Below are positions 26,569 through 35,658 of a DNA stretch of 58,906 bases, one piece after another (position 1 is the stretch's first letter; every line of letters begins with the position of its first letter). This DNA is from Oscillospiraceae bacterium (GTDB taxonomy: Bacteria > Bacillota > Clostridia > Oscillospirales > Ruminococcaceae), in contig DAOSWK010000001.1 in the NCBI GenBank assembly GCA_035593545.1, positions 1-58,906 on the forward strand, in the 5' to 3' direction. Position numbers and translations under genes: made by a program. A model generated the notes under the pieces. That model worked only from the letters and a program-made list of their open reading frames with translations. It searched no databases and was not told the DNA's origin.

Positions 26569-26669
26569 GCCGCCAGCAGCGTATAGATCCCGTACGCGAT
26601 CGTCGGGAGCAGCATTGCAAGGATAAGGATAGCCACCATGATGCGCACCATTACTTTTTTTCCATTCAT
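26565..26669 (-). CDS. 34-aa hydrophobic micro-protein (not in the ORF track)
   Basis: ATG 26669 with GGAGGG 7 nt upstream. Product MNGKKVMVRIMVAILILAMLLPTIAYGIYTLLAA. Its TGA overlaps the mnmA ATG (ATGA). Confidence 0.45.
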   Translation of the reverse strand: MNGKKVMVRIMVAILILAMLLPTIAYGIYTLLAA

Positions 26670-26686
26670 CGGAAATCCCTCCGTTA

Positions 26687-27289
26687 CTAAATCACGCCGA
26701 AATCGGCGAGCGGCCAGAAGATAAAAATCGCCTTACCCATGATGTCCTCTTCGGAAATATACGGGTCGTCCCAATAGCGCGCATCCAGCGAGTCGCCGCG
26801 GTTGTCGCCGAAAAAGAGATAGCAACCCTCCGGCACCTCAAAGTCGCGGGAGACGCGGGAATCGGAGCTGACGTAGTCCTCTTCAAGCTTCTCCCCGTCG
26901 ATATAGACGGAGCCGTTCTTTTTGACCTCAACTTCTTCTCCCGGCAGGCCGACGCAGCGTTTAAAGAGGATCTTGTCCAGTTCCTCCGAATAAAAGACGA
27001 CCACGTCGCCGCGCCCGATGGAGGCCTCCGGATCCCGCACACGGACGGCAAGCGTCCAGTCTCCGGGATTCACGGTCGGCATCATCGAACCGGTCGGCAC
27101 ATAGGCGATGATGAAAAAATAATTAAAAAGCAGCACCGGAATGACGCAGTAAAACAGCAGCGCCTTGCACCAATCGATGATCTCTTTCTTTATTGCGGCC
27201 CGTTTTGCCGCCTTTTTTTCCGCAGAAACCGCATCGGCTTCCTGAATTTTTTCTTCCTGATTCTCTTCCATAAACTCCTCTTGTCTCAT
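26687..27289 (-). CDS. lepB: signal peptidase I (paralog 1); start uncertain (27289 or 27271)
   Basis: PTGSMMPTV (catalytic Ser), KRCVGLPGEEV (Lys), GDNRGDSLDARYW box. ATG 27289 overlaps the upstream stop (ATGA). ATG 27271 has GAGGAG just upstream. Confidence 0.85.
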   Translation of the reverse strand: MRQEEFMEENQEEKIQEADAVSAEKKAAKRAAIKKEIIDWCKALLFYCVIPVLLFNYFFIIAYVPTGSMMPTVNPGDWTLAVRVRDPEASIGRGDVVVFYSEELDKILFKRCVGLPGEEVEVKKNGSVYIDGEKLEEDYVSSDSRVSRDFEVPEGCYLFFGDNRGDSLDARYWDDPYISEEDIMGKAIFIFWPLADFGVI

Positions 27290-27816
27290 TCCAGAGTACC
27301 GAAACTGCCGATCGGCCATAGCACAAACAGCGCCTTACCCATCAGCTTGTCTTCGGAAATATAGGGTTCCTGCCAGTAGCGCGCATCCAGCGAATTGCCG
27401 CGGTTGTCTCCGAAAAAGAGATAGCAGCCCTCCGGCACCTCAAATACGCCCGAATAGTCGGAATCCGAGCTGACATAGGGCTCCGCCAGAAGGTCGCCGT
27501 CGATCCGGACGCTCCCGTCGGATCCGACCGTCACCGTCTCCCCCGGCAGACCGATGCAGCGCTTAATCAGCACCTTGCCCGTCTCGTCGGAACGGAAAAC
27601 CAAAATATCCCCGCGTTCGATGTTCTCTTTGTAGAAAATCCGGGTGGAAAAGAGGGCGCTATGGGTCGGCAACGTCGGCCACATGGATTCGGTCGGTACA
27701 AAATTGATCATAAAGATAAATTTGAGAAGGACAAAAAGTACCAACGCCTCCGTTCCCAGCGGAAGCACCCATTCCCGGAAAAAGCTTTTCATTGTCAGCG
27801 GCTCCGGCGGTTCCAT
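27286..27816 (-). CDS. lepB: signal peptidase I (paralog 2); start uncertain (27816 or 27792)
   Basis: PTESMWPTL, KRCIGLPGETV, GDNRGNSLDARYW. ORF 27286..28074 trimmed because its upstream part overlaps the divergent DUF421 gene region. Confidence 0.85.
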   Translation of the reverse strand: MEPPEPLTMKSFFREWVLPLGTEALVLFVLLKFIFMINFVPTESMWPTLPTHSALFSTRIFYKENIERGDILVFRSDETGKVLIKRCIGLPGETVTVGSDGSVRIDGDLLAEPYVSSDSDYSGVFEVPEGCYLFFGDNRGNSLDARYWQEPYISEDKLMGKALFVLWPIGSFGTLE

Positions 27817-28042
27817 CTGTTTTTTGATCTTTTCATGGCCGCTCTTCAGCAAGATGATCCCTCCGGCATAAAAATCCGCACCCTTATTATAGGTCTGTGA
27901 TTTTTTTATTATATCACAAATCCGCGTGTTGGCAAGCGGCCTCTTATTTTTTAAAGAACCATCCCATGCCCGAAAGAAAGGAATAGAACGGCGTACGCGG
28001 CGGCATACTAAATCAGAATGCTGTACCGCGGGAGAGATCTTC

Positions 28043-28738
28043 ATGTATATCGTGCTTTTCCGTACCATTATCATCTACATTTTAATTATTATCTGCCTCC
28101 GCATCATGGGAAAACGCCAGCTCGGCGAACTGCAGCCCTCCGAATTCGTCATCGCCATCCTGATTTCCAACATCGCGACTATCTCCATCGAGGATACGGA
28201 TATTCCGCTGCTCTCCGCCATCGTGCCGATCGTCACGCTGATGAGCTCCGAGGTGCTGCTCTCCGCCGTCGCGATGAAAAGCAACAAGGCGCAGGTCGTC
28301 ATCTCCGGAAACCCGGTGGTGATCATCCGCAACGGAACGATCGATCAGGCGCGGATGCGGGAACTGCGCTTTTCCATCGAGGACCTGATGAGCCAACTCC
28401 GCATCAACGGCATCTTCGACATCCGGGAGGTGGGCTGGGCGATTGTGGAGACAAACGGCAAGCTGACCGTCTATCCAAAATATTACGCGCGCCCCGTCAC
28501 GGCGGAGATGCTCGCCCTGCCCGCCAAGGCAAACGAAAACACGCCCCCGCTGGTAGTCATCAGCGACGGCGTGCTCATGCCGGAAACTTTGGAAATCTGC
28601 GGCCTCGGCCAAGCTTGGCTGGACCGCGTGCTCAAAGAAAATCAGGTCACGCCGGAAAAGGTATTCCTGATGACCTGCGACTCGTCGGAAACATATTATC
28701 TTGTAAAAAAGGAGACCGATCCGAAATGGGAAGAGTAG
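28043..28738 (+). CDS. DUF421 (YetF-like) membrane protein
   Basis: ORF 27926..28738 trimmed to ATG 28043 (GGGAGAG upstream). GKRQLGELQPSEFV and LRINGIFDIREVGWAIVETNGKLTVY motifs. Confidence 0.85.
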   Translation: MYIVLFRTIIIYILIIICLRIMGKRQLGELQPSEFVIAILISNIATISIEDTDIPLLSAIVPIVTLMSSEVLLSAVAMKSNKAQVVISGNPVVIIRNGTIDQARMRELRFSIEDLMSQLRINGIFDIREVGWAIVETNGKLTVYPKYYARPVTAEMLALPAKANENTPPLVVISDGVLMPETLEICGLGQAWLDRVLKENQVTPEKVFLMTCDSSETYYLVKKETDPKWEE

Positions 28739-29106
28739 CGCTCGCAGCGGCTCTGCTGGCCGTGATGGTCGGCATGAGCGGCTGGGGCCTTCATACCCTC
28801 GAAAATAACAAGGACATTCTCCTTTCCGAAATGGAGGAATTGTCGGTGCTGGCGGAGGAGGGTGACAATAAAAAAACTGCGGAGGCCGCCGCCATCCTTA
28901 CGGCCGACTGGATTGAACGACACCGCACGCTCTGCCGGATCGTCCGCCATACCCAGCTTGACCAAGTTACCCTCGCCGTTGCGAGACTGGAAAAGCTGGC
29001 GGAACATGGCGATATCGGCGAGCTGACTGCGGAAATCGACCGCTGTAAAATTCTTTTGGATGACATTTATGACTCCGAGTTACCGCTCTTCCGAAATATC
29101 GTGTGA
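28726..29106 (+). CDS. DUF4363-like small membrane-anchored protein
   Basis: In-frame tail of ORF 28018..29106, from ATG 28726 (AAAAAGGAG upstream). Overlaps the DUF421 stop. The usual partner of DUF421 in Clostridia, from memory. Confidence 0.65.
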   Translation: MGRVALAAALLAVMVGMSGWGLHTLENNKDILLSEMEELSVLAEEGDNKKTAEAAAILTADWIERHRTLCRIVRHTQLDQVTLAVARLEKLAEHGDIGELTAEIDRCKILLDDIYDSELPLFRNIV

Positions 29107-29197
29107 CGGCCTTTTTCTCCGGCCGAAACACCTCGTATTCGATTTTTTCGGGATGAAACCCTCACTTTGCCGGCGGATCATGTCTCCCTTCTATTTT

Positions 29198-29422
29198 CTA
29201 ATCGTTGGCCGCAAGAAAATCTTCCAACACGTCGTGAAGATGAACCGGGCTGACGGAGTTTCGGAGGCAGAGCTCTGCGAAACGCTTCGCCAGCCCTTGA
29301 TTAATTGAAATATCGGGAAAATAAACCACCTCTTTTTCTTCTTCCATAAAAGCAACTCCCCAAACTTTTGCGCTGATTCCGTCCTCTGTAACGATTGTCC
29401 TTTCCCTCAAACGATAATTCAT
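29198..29422 (-). CDS. small conserved-looking hypothetical protein (74 aa)
   Basis: The ORF ends ...SPVHLHDVLEDFLAAND. This pattern resembles small clostridial proteins I recall but cannot name. Weak SD. Confidence 0.45.
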   Translation of the reverse strand: MNYRLRERTIVTEDGISAKVWGVAFMEEEKEVVYFPDISINQGLAKRFAELCLRNSVSPVHLHDVLEDFLAAND

Positions 29423-29596
29423 GAAACCGCCGCCTACTCATCGAAGTGTTTTCATTTTAACATTCGTTCATGTCGTTTTTTGTCGAATTAAGTACAAATA
29501 TTTATCTTGCACAATATTTTTTATTTTATTTAGGATAAAGTGTATAATTTATTCTCTTCTTTCTCTTTTTCAGTAGAAATTTTTCTTTTTCACAAA

Positions 29597-29634
29597 AAGA
29601 AAGGCCCGTGGGCGTTCCCCATGGGTCTTTTTGT
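29597..29634. terminator. hairpin terminator, better formed on the plus strand
   Basis: GGCCCGTGGG (29603-29612) / CCCATGGGTC (29618-29627). Two pairs are G.U on plus-strand RNA and A-C on the minus strand. A-run before and T-run after. Confidence 0.45.
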
Positions 29635-29704
29635 ATCCAATTTCCGGATAAGGAACCCCCGGCTATGAAAGATCGACCGCGGCAAGGGCGCTTTCCGGAC
29701 CGGC

Positions 29705-30208
29705 TTACTCGACGGCGAGTCTGATATTGACGTCGATGGAGCCCTTGCTCTCCTCCGTCTCCGGGTCGAAGCCCTCAAAAACGGCGACTCCCTGATAGGT
29801 GCCCGGATCAAGCGGAGTATCCAGCGTATCGGAAAGAATATATTGGCCGGGCTTCAGGTAGCCGGTTTGGTAGATCTGTTTCTCGCCGACGGTAATGGTA
29901 ACGGTCATCAGCAGCACATTTTTGCCCGGATTCTCGATCTTCAGCGTAGCGGTGTTGTCTTTGACCTTGATCTCCTCCGCGATGGAATACGAGAGCGTGG
30001 CGGCGTCGTTGCGCTTTCCGGAATCGGACTCCCCGGAGAGCGAGCCGCTGACGGCCATTTCGTCCGCCTCGACCCAAGGATACTCATCCTCCGACACGTC
30101 GCTTTCGGTAAAATACGGGATCGTCCACGCCGCCGCCACGGCAACAATCACAAACAGGATCGTCACCAGCAGGGGCGCGGAACTGTTTTTTCGTTTATAT
30201 CCGGCCAT
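29705..30208 (-). CDS. hypothetical membrane-anchored extracytoplasmic protein (167 aa)
   Basis: ORF 29705..30499 trimmed to ATG 30208 (GGAGGAAGG upstream). N-terminal TM segment (LLVTILFVIVAVAAAW), then a beta-rich domain. No family recognised. Confidence 0.55.
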   Translation of the reverse strand: MAGYKRKNSSAPLLVTILFVIVAVAAAWTIPYFTESDVSEDEYPWVEADEMAVSGSLSGESDSGKRNDAATLSYSIAEEIKVKDNTATLKIENPGKNVLLMTVTITVGEKQIYQTGYLKPGQYILSDTLDTPLDPGTYQGVAVFEGFDPETEESKGSIDVNIRLAVE

Positions 30209-30287
30209 TCGGACCTTCCTCCAGTTTCCAAAGAAAGAATAACGAAAATAGTATATCAGAGAACTTGTTTTTTGGCAAATCCTTGCA

Positions 30288-30316
30288 TTGCATCCATCGC
30301 CTTTTTCAAGTAAAAT
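30288..30316 (+). promoter_or_regulatory. sigma-A type promoter of the phosphofructokinase gene
   Basis: TTGCAT (30288-30293), 17 nt, TAAAAT (30311-30316). Confidence 0.5.
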
Positions 30317-30359
30317 ATTGGCAGGGTACTTTTTAAATGTTTGAAAGGATGGGGATTCC

Positions 30360-31601
30360 ATGAGTGAACTCAGAGGAGCCTGCCTGATCGGGCAGTCCGG
30401 CGGACCCACTTCCGTTATCAATTCCAGCGCATACGGAATGATGAAAACCGCATTGGAGACTCGCTGCATCACCCGTGTCCTTGCCGCCCGCCATGGCATT
30501 AAAGGCGTACTATCCGACGATATCGTCGATATGGGAAAAGAAGATCCGGCCGAACTGGAGCTTTTTCTGAATACGCCTTCCTCCCTGATCGGAAGCTGTC
30601 GGTATAAAATGAAGAGCCCGGAAGAGGACGATACGGATTACCGCCGCATTCTTGAAATCTTTAAAAAATATGACGTCCGCTATTTCTTTTACAACGGCGG
30701 CAACGACAGCATGGACACCTGCAACAAGATCTTCCTGTATATGCAGAGCTCCGGCTGGGAGTGCCGGGTGATCGGCGTTCCGAAGACCATCGACAACGAC
30801 CTTGTCTGCACCGATCACTGCCCCGGTTTCGGCTCCGCGGCCAAATATATCGCCACCTCCGTCGCCGAGGTTATCAGGGACGCCGAAGTATATGATAAAG
30901 AGACGCTTGTCGTCATCGAGACCATGGGCCGCCACGCAGGATGGCTCGCCGCGGCCTCCTCCCTTGCCTCCATTTCCGGAAGGGGGCCCGCTCTCGTCTA
31001 TCTGCCGGAAGTGACGTTTGACCTTGAAACATTTTTCCGCGATGTCGACGCCTACCGCAGGGAACATCTACACACCGTGATCGTCGCCTCCGAGGGTATC
31101 CACGACGCGGGAGGCAGGTTTATCAGCGAATACGGCAGCGACCTTGCCAAAAATATCGATTCCTTCGGACACCGCCAGCTCGGCGGACTTGCGGCCACGC
31201 TCGCTCAGTTTCTTCACGGCCATACCGGTGCCAAGGTCCGCGGCATCGAGTTCTCCCTGCTTCAGAGATGCAGCGCGCACTGCGCATCCAAGACCGACAT
31301 CGAAGAAGCGTTTCTTGCGGGAAAGGCCGCCGTGGAGGCAGCCGTCGCCGGCGCTACCGGAAAAATGGTCGCGTTCGCACGTCCGGAATCCGGCGAATAC
31401 CGCTGTATCACAAAACTGATCGATCTCACCGGCGTCGCCAACGCGGAAAAGACCGTTCCGCGCGAATGGATCAACGAGGCCGGAAACGGCATGCTTCAGC
31501 CATATTTCGATTATGCGCTCCCGCTCATCCAAGGAGCACCGGAAAATATAACCGAAAACGGCATGCCGAAATATCCGAAACTGAAATGGATTCATGCCTG
31601 A
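30360..31601 (+). CDS. 6-phosphofructokinase, long (~410 aa) PfkA-family clade; GGNDS motif suggests the PPi-dependent type
   Basis: GQSGGPTSVINSS, YNGGNDSMDT, GVPKTIDNDL, ETMGRHAGWLAA. Confidence 0.9.
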   Translation: MSELRGACLIGQSGGPTSVINSSAYGMMKTALETRCITRVLAARHGIKGVLSDDIVDMGKEDPAELELFLNTPSSLIGSCRYKMKSPEEDDTDYRRILEIFKKYDVRYFFYNGGNDSMDTCNKIFLYMQSSGWECRVIGVPKTIDNDLVCTDHCPGFGSAAKYIATSVAEVIRDAEVYDKETLVVIETMGRHAGWLAAASSLASISGRGPALVYLPEVTFDLETFFRDVDAYRREHLHTVIVASEGIHDAGGRFISEYGSDLAKNIDSFGHRQLGGLAATLAQFLHGHTGAKVRGIEFSLLQRCSAHCASKTDIEEAFLAGKAAVEAAVAGATGKMVAFARPESGEYRCITKLIDLTGVANAEKTVPREWINEAGNGMLQPYFDYALPLIQGAPENITENGMPKYPKLKWIHA

Positions 31602-31721
31602 TCTCGCCATACCGGGACCCGTTAAAATCCACCGAGCCGCCGAGACACTCTTTCGCATGACGATTTGCCGGACATCTTCGGGATTTCCCGGAGATAAACA
31701 CCGGACCACATATTCTTAAGA

Positions 31722-31772
31722 AATAAAAAAGCCTCCGCCTGTTCTTAAAGAACGGACGGAGGCTTTCCTTAT
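31722..31772. terminator. bidirectional rho-independent terminator between convergent genes
   Basis: GCCTCCGCCTGTTCT (31731-31745) / AGAACGGACGGAGGC (31749-31763), 13 of 15 bp, with an A-run before and a T-rich run after. Confidence 0.7.
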
Positions 31773-31796
31773 TCCGAATATCATTTTGTATGCATG

Positions 31797-32276
31797 TCAC
31801 TCGGGCTGTTTCCGGTAGGAGACGCCCTCCAGATCGAGCAGAAACTCCTTTTTCTCAAGTCCGCCGCCGTAGCCGGTCAGTTTTCCCGAGGCGCCGAGCA
31901 CCCGGTGGCAGGGGATCACGATCGAGACGGGGTTATGGTGACAGGCCGAGCCGACGGCCCTCGCGGCACCGGGTTTCCCGACGGCCGCAGCGATCTCCCC
32001 GTAAGTTTTCGCCTCGCCGTAAGGGATCTCCCTTAGCGCATTCCAGACGGCCTTCTGAAACACCGTCCCCTCCGTCCGGACCGGAAGATCAAAGTCCCTC
32101 CTCTTTCCGGAAAAATACATCTGAAGCTGCCGTTCCGTCTCTTTGAGCACGGCAGAATCGTTTGAGTACGCCTCCGTTTCTTTTTCGCGCACAAAGTCGA
32201 GCTCCGTCAGAAAGCCGTCCTGATCGGCCGCTCTGATCAGGCCGATAGGCGTTTCCAGATACATCACGTTCATCAT
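31797..32276 (-). CDS. ogt: methylated-DNA--protein-cysteine methyltransferase
   Basis: IVIPCHRVLG active-site motif. The start ATG overlaps the mutS2 TGA (ATGA). Confidence 0.9.
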   Translation of the reverse strand: MMNVMYLETPIGLIRAADQDGFLTELDFVREKETEAYSNDSAVLKETERQLQMYFSGKRRDFDLPVRTEGTVFQKAVWNALREIPYGEAKTYGEIAAAVGKPGAARAVGSACHHNPVSIVIPCHRVLGASGKLTGYGGGLEKKEFLLDLEGVSYRKQPE

Positions 32277-34657
32277 TTTAGCTCCACAATGGTCACGCCG
32301 GTTTCCCCCTCGCCATAGACGCCGAGGCGGTAAGTCCGGACCGATTTATTTTTCTTCAGCGCCTGCTGGACGCCCGCACGGAGCGCGCCGGTGCCTTTGC
32401 CGTGAATGATCGAGACGGTCTTGAAATTCATCAAGACACATTCGTCGATGAAGCGGTCGAGCTCGAGCAGGGCGCTTTCCACATCCATGCCGCGCAGATC
32501 GAGTTCGGAGGCCGCCGCCCGTCGGGAGGCGCTTTCGATGGTCTTGGTGACGCTCCCGCCGCCGAGGGTCGTCTTTTTCGCCCTGTTTTCGACGAGCCGT
32601 AGCTCGCTGATATTCACTTTCGTCTTGACGATACCGGTCTGCACGGTGCAGTAGCCCGCGCCGTCCGGATCGCTGAGCACGGTTCCCTCCTTGGTCAGGC
32701 CGTTGATGCGCACCGTATCGCCGCGTTTCAGCGCCCGCGGCAGGACATAGCCGTCGTCGCGGTTCATCACCGGATCGGCGATATCCTGAATTTTCTTCAT
32801 GCCGTCCTTCATCTGTGCCCTTGCACGCGAGGCCATGTCGACGGCGTTTTCGGCGTTGACCTGCTTTTTGGTGTCGTTGATCTCGTCGACCAGCTTCTGG
32901 GCCTCGTAACGGGCCTTTTCCATCACTTTTTTCGCCGCGAGGCGGGCCTGCTCCATCTCCTTCTCCCGGTCGGCCTCAAACTGTGCCTTCTGCTTCTCGG
33001 CCTCTTTCTTGATGCGCTCGGCTTCCGCCCGGAAAACGACCGCCTTGGCCTTTTCCTCCTCGACTTCGCGGCGGCTGTTTTCGAGCTTCGTCACAACCTC
33101 CTCGAAACGGATATTTTCTCCGTTGATGAAATCCTTTGCCCGCTCGACGACGGAGGAATCCATGCCGAGGCGCTCGGAGATCGCGAAGGCGTTGCTCCGG
33201 CCCGGGACGCCGATCAGTAGCTTGTAGGTCGGGGAAAGCGTCTGCACATCAAATTCACAGCAGGCGTTCTCGACGCGCGGTGTCTGGAGGGCGTAGACCT
33301 TGATCTCGGGAAAGTGCGTCGTGGCCGCGAGTTTGGCGCCATAGAGTTTGAGCCGCTCAATGATCGCAATCGCGAGAGCCGCGCCCTCCGTTGGGTCGGT
33401 GCCCGCGCCGAGTTCGTCGAGCAACACAAGACTCCGGTCGTCGGCCTCGGCCAGAATATGGATCGTATTATAAATATGAGAGGAAAACGTGGAAAGGTTT
33501 TGTTCGATGCTCTGTTCGTCGCCGATGTCGGCAAAGATAGAACCGAAGACGGAGACGGAGCTGGATTCTCCGGCCGGAATCATCAGGCCGCACATGGTCA
33601 TCAGCGTCAACAGGCCGAGCGTTTTAAGAGCGACGGTCTTGCCGCCGGTATTCGGGCCGGTGATGACGAGCACGTCGAAATCCTTGCCAATCGAAATATC
33701 CACCGGGACGATCTTTTTGGCGTCGATCAGCGGATGGCGGGCGCGGACCAGCTTGATGATGCCGTCGTCGGTCAGGGACGGGACGTTCGCATCCATCGCG
33801 TCGGCGAGGCGCGCCTTCGCAAAATAGTAATCCAGCTCGATCAGCGCGGAGTAATCGGCGGTCAGCCTGTCCGCATCCGCGCCGACCTCCTGCGAGAGAT
33901 TGTAAAGAATCCGGCGGATCTCCTCCTGCTCCTTCGCTTTCAGCACGCGGGTCTCGTTGTTTTCCTCGACGACGGAGGCCGGTTCGATGAAGATCGTCGC
34001 GCCGGACCCGGAGGTGTCGTGCACCATACCCTTGACCTCCGCGCGATATTCGGATTTGACCGGGATACAGTAGCGGCCGTCCCGCATGGTGACGATCGGA
34101 TCCTGCAAAAATTTGGCGTAGGTCTGGGAATGGATCATGTGATCGAGCGACTCCCGGACCTTCGCCTGCGAATTCTTGATCTTCCGGCGGATGTCGGCGA
34201 GCTCCGGACTCGCGGTGTCGCTGATCTCCTCCTCCGAGACGACGACGAAGCCGATTTTTTCCTCCAGCGCGCGGTTCGGCGACAGGCTCTCGAAGAGCGG
34301 ATCGAGCGTGGTCGTCTCGTCCTTATCGGAATTGCCGCGGAACGCCTTCATTTCGCGCAGGGCGGCAAGAAACCGCTCCACATCCAAAAACTCCGTTAGC
34401 GTCAGTACCGCGCCCATCTGTGCCCGGCGCAGCGTTCCGCAGACGTTCTTCAGCCCGCGAAGGGACGGCGCCCCGTATTCATTATTCAGTCTATGCGCGT
34501 CGGCTGTGAAGCCCATCTGCCGCGAAACTTCGCGCAGCGTCGTTGCGGGCTCGGTATTGAGCGCCATCGTCCGGCTGTCCTCACATCCGGCGAGATCGGC
34601 GAGCTTCTCTAAAATCTTGTCCAGCTCCAGCGCATGGTAATGTCTGTTTTCAGTCAT
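32273..34657 (-). CDS. mutS2: endonuclease MutS2
   Basis: 794 aa with a Walker A motif (GPNTGGKT), a coiled-coil middle region and a C-terminal Smr domain (LDLRGM...IIHGKGTGALR). Confidence 0.95.
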   Translation of the reverse strand: MTENRHYHALELDKILEKLADLAGCEDSRTMALNTEPATTLREVSRQMGFTADAHRLNNEYGAPSLRGLKNVCGTLRRAQMGAVLTLTEFLDVERFLAALREMKAFRGNSDKDETTTLDPLFESLSPNRALEEKIGFVVVSEEEISDTASPELADIRRKIKNSQAKVRESLDHMIHSQTYAKFLQDPIVTMRDGRYCIPVKSEYRAEVKGMVHDTSGSGATIFIEPASVVEENNETRVLKAKEQEEIRRILYNLSQEVGADADRLTADYSALIELDYYFAKARLADAMDANVPSLTDDGIIKLVRARHPLIDAKKIVPVDISIGKDFDVLVITGPNTGGKTVALKTLGLLTLMTMCGLMIPAGESSSVSVFGSIFADIGDEQSIEQNLSTFSSHIYNTIHILAEADDRSLVLLDELGAGTDPTEGAALAIAIIERLKLYGAKLAATTHFPEIKVYALQTPRVENACCEFDVQTLSPTYKLLIGVPGRSNAFAISERLGMDSSVVERAKDFINGENIRFEEVVTKLENSRREVEEEKAKAVVFRAEAERIKKEAEKQKAQFEADREKEMEQARLAAKKVMEKARYEAQKLVDEINDTKKQVNAENAVDMASRARAQMKDGMKKIQDIADPVMNRDDGYVLPRALKRGDTVRINGLTKEGTVLSDPDGAGYCTVQTGIVKTKVNISELRLVENRAKKTTLGGGSVTKTIESASRRAAASELDLRGMDVESALLELDRFIDECVLMNFKTVSIIHGKGTGALRAGVQQALKKNKSVRTYRLGVYGEGETGVTIVELK

Positions 34658-34706
34658 GTTTGATTTCCCCCGATGACGAAAAACGGCGTTCTCCCAACGC
34701 CATTTT

Positions 34707-35477
34707 CTATGTATTCATCCCCTCGATGCCTTTCAGGAAATCGAGGGTTTTGTAAGTTCGTTCCATTCTGCAAATCGTATACTGCTCCGCAGCCGCCGCA
34801 AGTTCCTTGAGCGCCTCCCCGCCGACTGTAAAGGAAAACAGCTTTTCATCCGGCGCATAGGCGATATGGCGCGCCGCAAAGAAGGCGCTTTTTGAGAGCG
34901 GCAGTCTCCCCGGCTCCGCTTCCGGCATACAGTCGCCGCAGCAGACCTTGCCCTCCTCCGGCGAAAACCAGAAGAACTCCTTTTCGTACTCGCCGCATTC
35001 GCTGCACGCGACGAGATCGGGCCGGAAGCCGGAGATGCTCATCAGGCGCAGTTCGTAGATCGCTTTGAGCTGCTCGGGCGGGCGCTTTTTGTTCTCCAAC
35101 ATATAAAGGGTGTTGAGCGTCAGCCGCAGAATCTCCTCCGAAGGCTCCTCGGCCGGAATACAACTCATGGCAAGTTCACTGAAATAGCTCGCATACGAAA
35201 GGCTCATGAGATCCTCGCGGATGCCAAAGAAAAGTTCTTTCGGTTCGGCGCTGTCGACGGTGCATTTATCCCGGTTCCGAAACAGGACAAACTCGGCATA
35301 ACACAGCGGCGACGCACAGCAGGAAAAGCGATTTTTGAGTTTCGAGGCGCCGCCGGCATAGGCCGTCACAATGCCGGCATCCTTTGTCAGGATGGTCAGC
35401 AGCTTATCGCTCTCTTTATAATCCTGTGTCCTGAGAATCAGGCCCTCCGTCTTGATCTGCACGCTTGATCTCCACAT
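34707..35477 (-). CDS. recO: DNA repair protein RecO
   Basis: KTEGLILRTQDYKESDKLLTILT OB-fold start and a CxxC...CxxC zinc motif (CSECG...CCGDC). GTG 35462 (GGAG 7 nt upstream) is an alternative start. Confidence 0.9.
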   Translation of the reverse strand: MWRSSVQIKTEGLILRTQDYKESDKLLTILTKDAGIVTAYAGGASKLKNRFSCCASPLCYAEFVLFRNRDKCTVDSAEPKELFFGIREDLMSLSYASYFSELAMSCIPAEEPSEEILRLTLNTLYMLENKKRPPEQLKAIYELRLMSISGFRPDLVACSECGEYEKEFFWFSPEEGKVCCGDCMPEAEPGRLPLSKSAFFAARHIAYAPDEKLFSFTVGGEALKELAAAAEQYTICRMERTYKTLDFLKGIEGMNT

Positions 35478-35658
35478 CCTCCGCGAGCGCCGGCTTAATC
35501 ATGGTGGTGTCGCTTTTCCCTACTTCTTCGGCGAGCGCGGGTTTAATTTCCCCATTGTTGTATTTGGCATGAAGGCTCTTGTCCTTCGAGGCGCTGTAAT
35601 GGATATAATCCGAAACCTTTCCGGTTTTAAAGAAATTGTCCCAACTGTTGTTTTCCAT
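35416..35658 (-). CDS. YqzL-like small protein with extended repeat-containing C-terminus
   Basis: Last 80 codons of ORF 35416..35805, from ATG 35658 (GGAGGG upstream). The WDNFFKTGKVSDYIHY start resembles YqzL, which sits between era and recO in Bacillus. The tail overlaps the recO start. Confidence 0.55.
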   Translation of the reverse strand: MENNSWDNFFKTGKVSDYIHYSASKDKSLHAKYNNGEIKPALAEEVGKSDTTMIKPALAEDVEIKRADQDGGPDSQDTGL

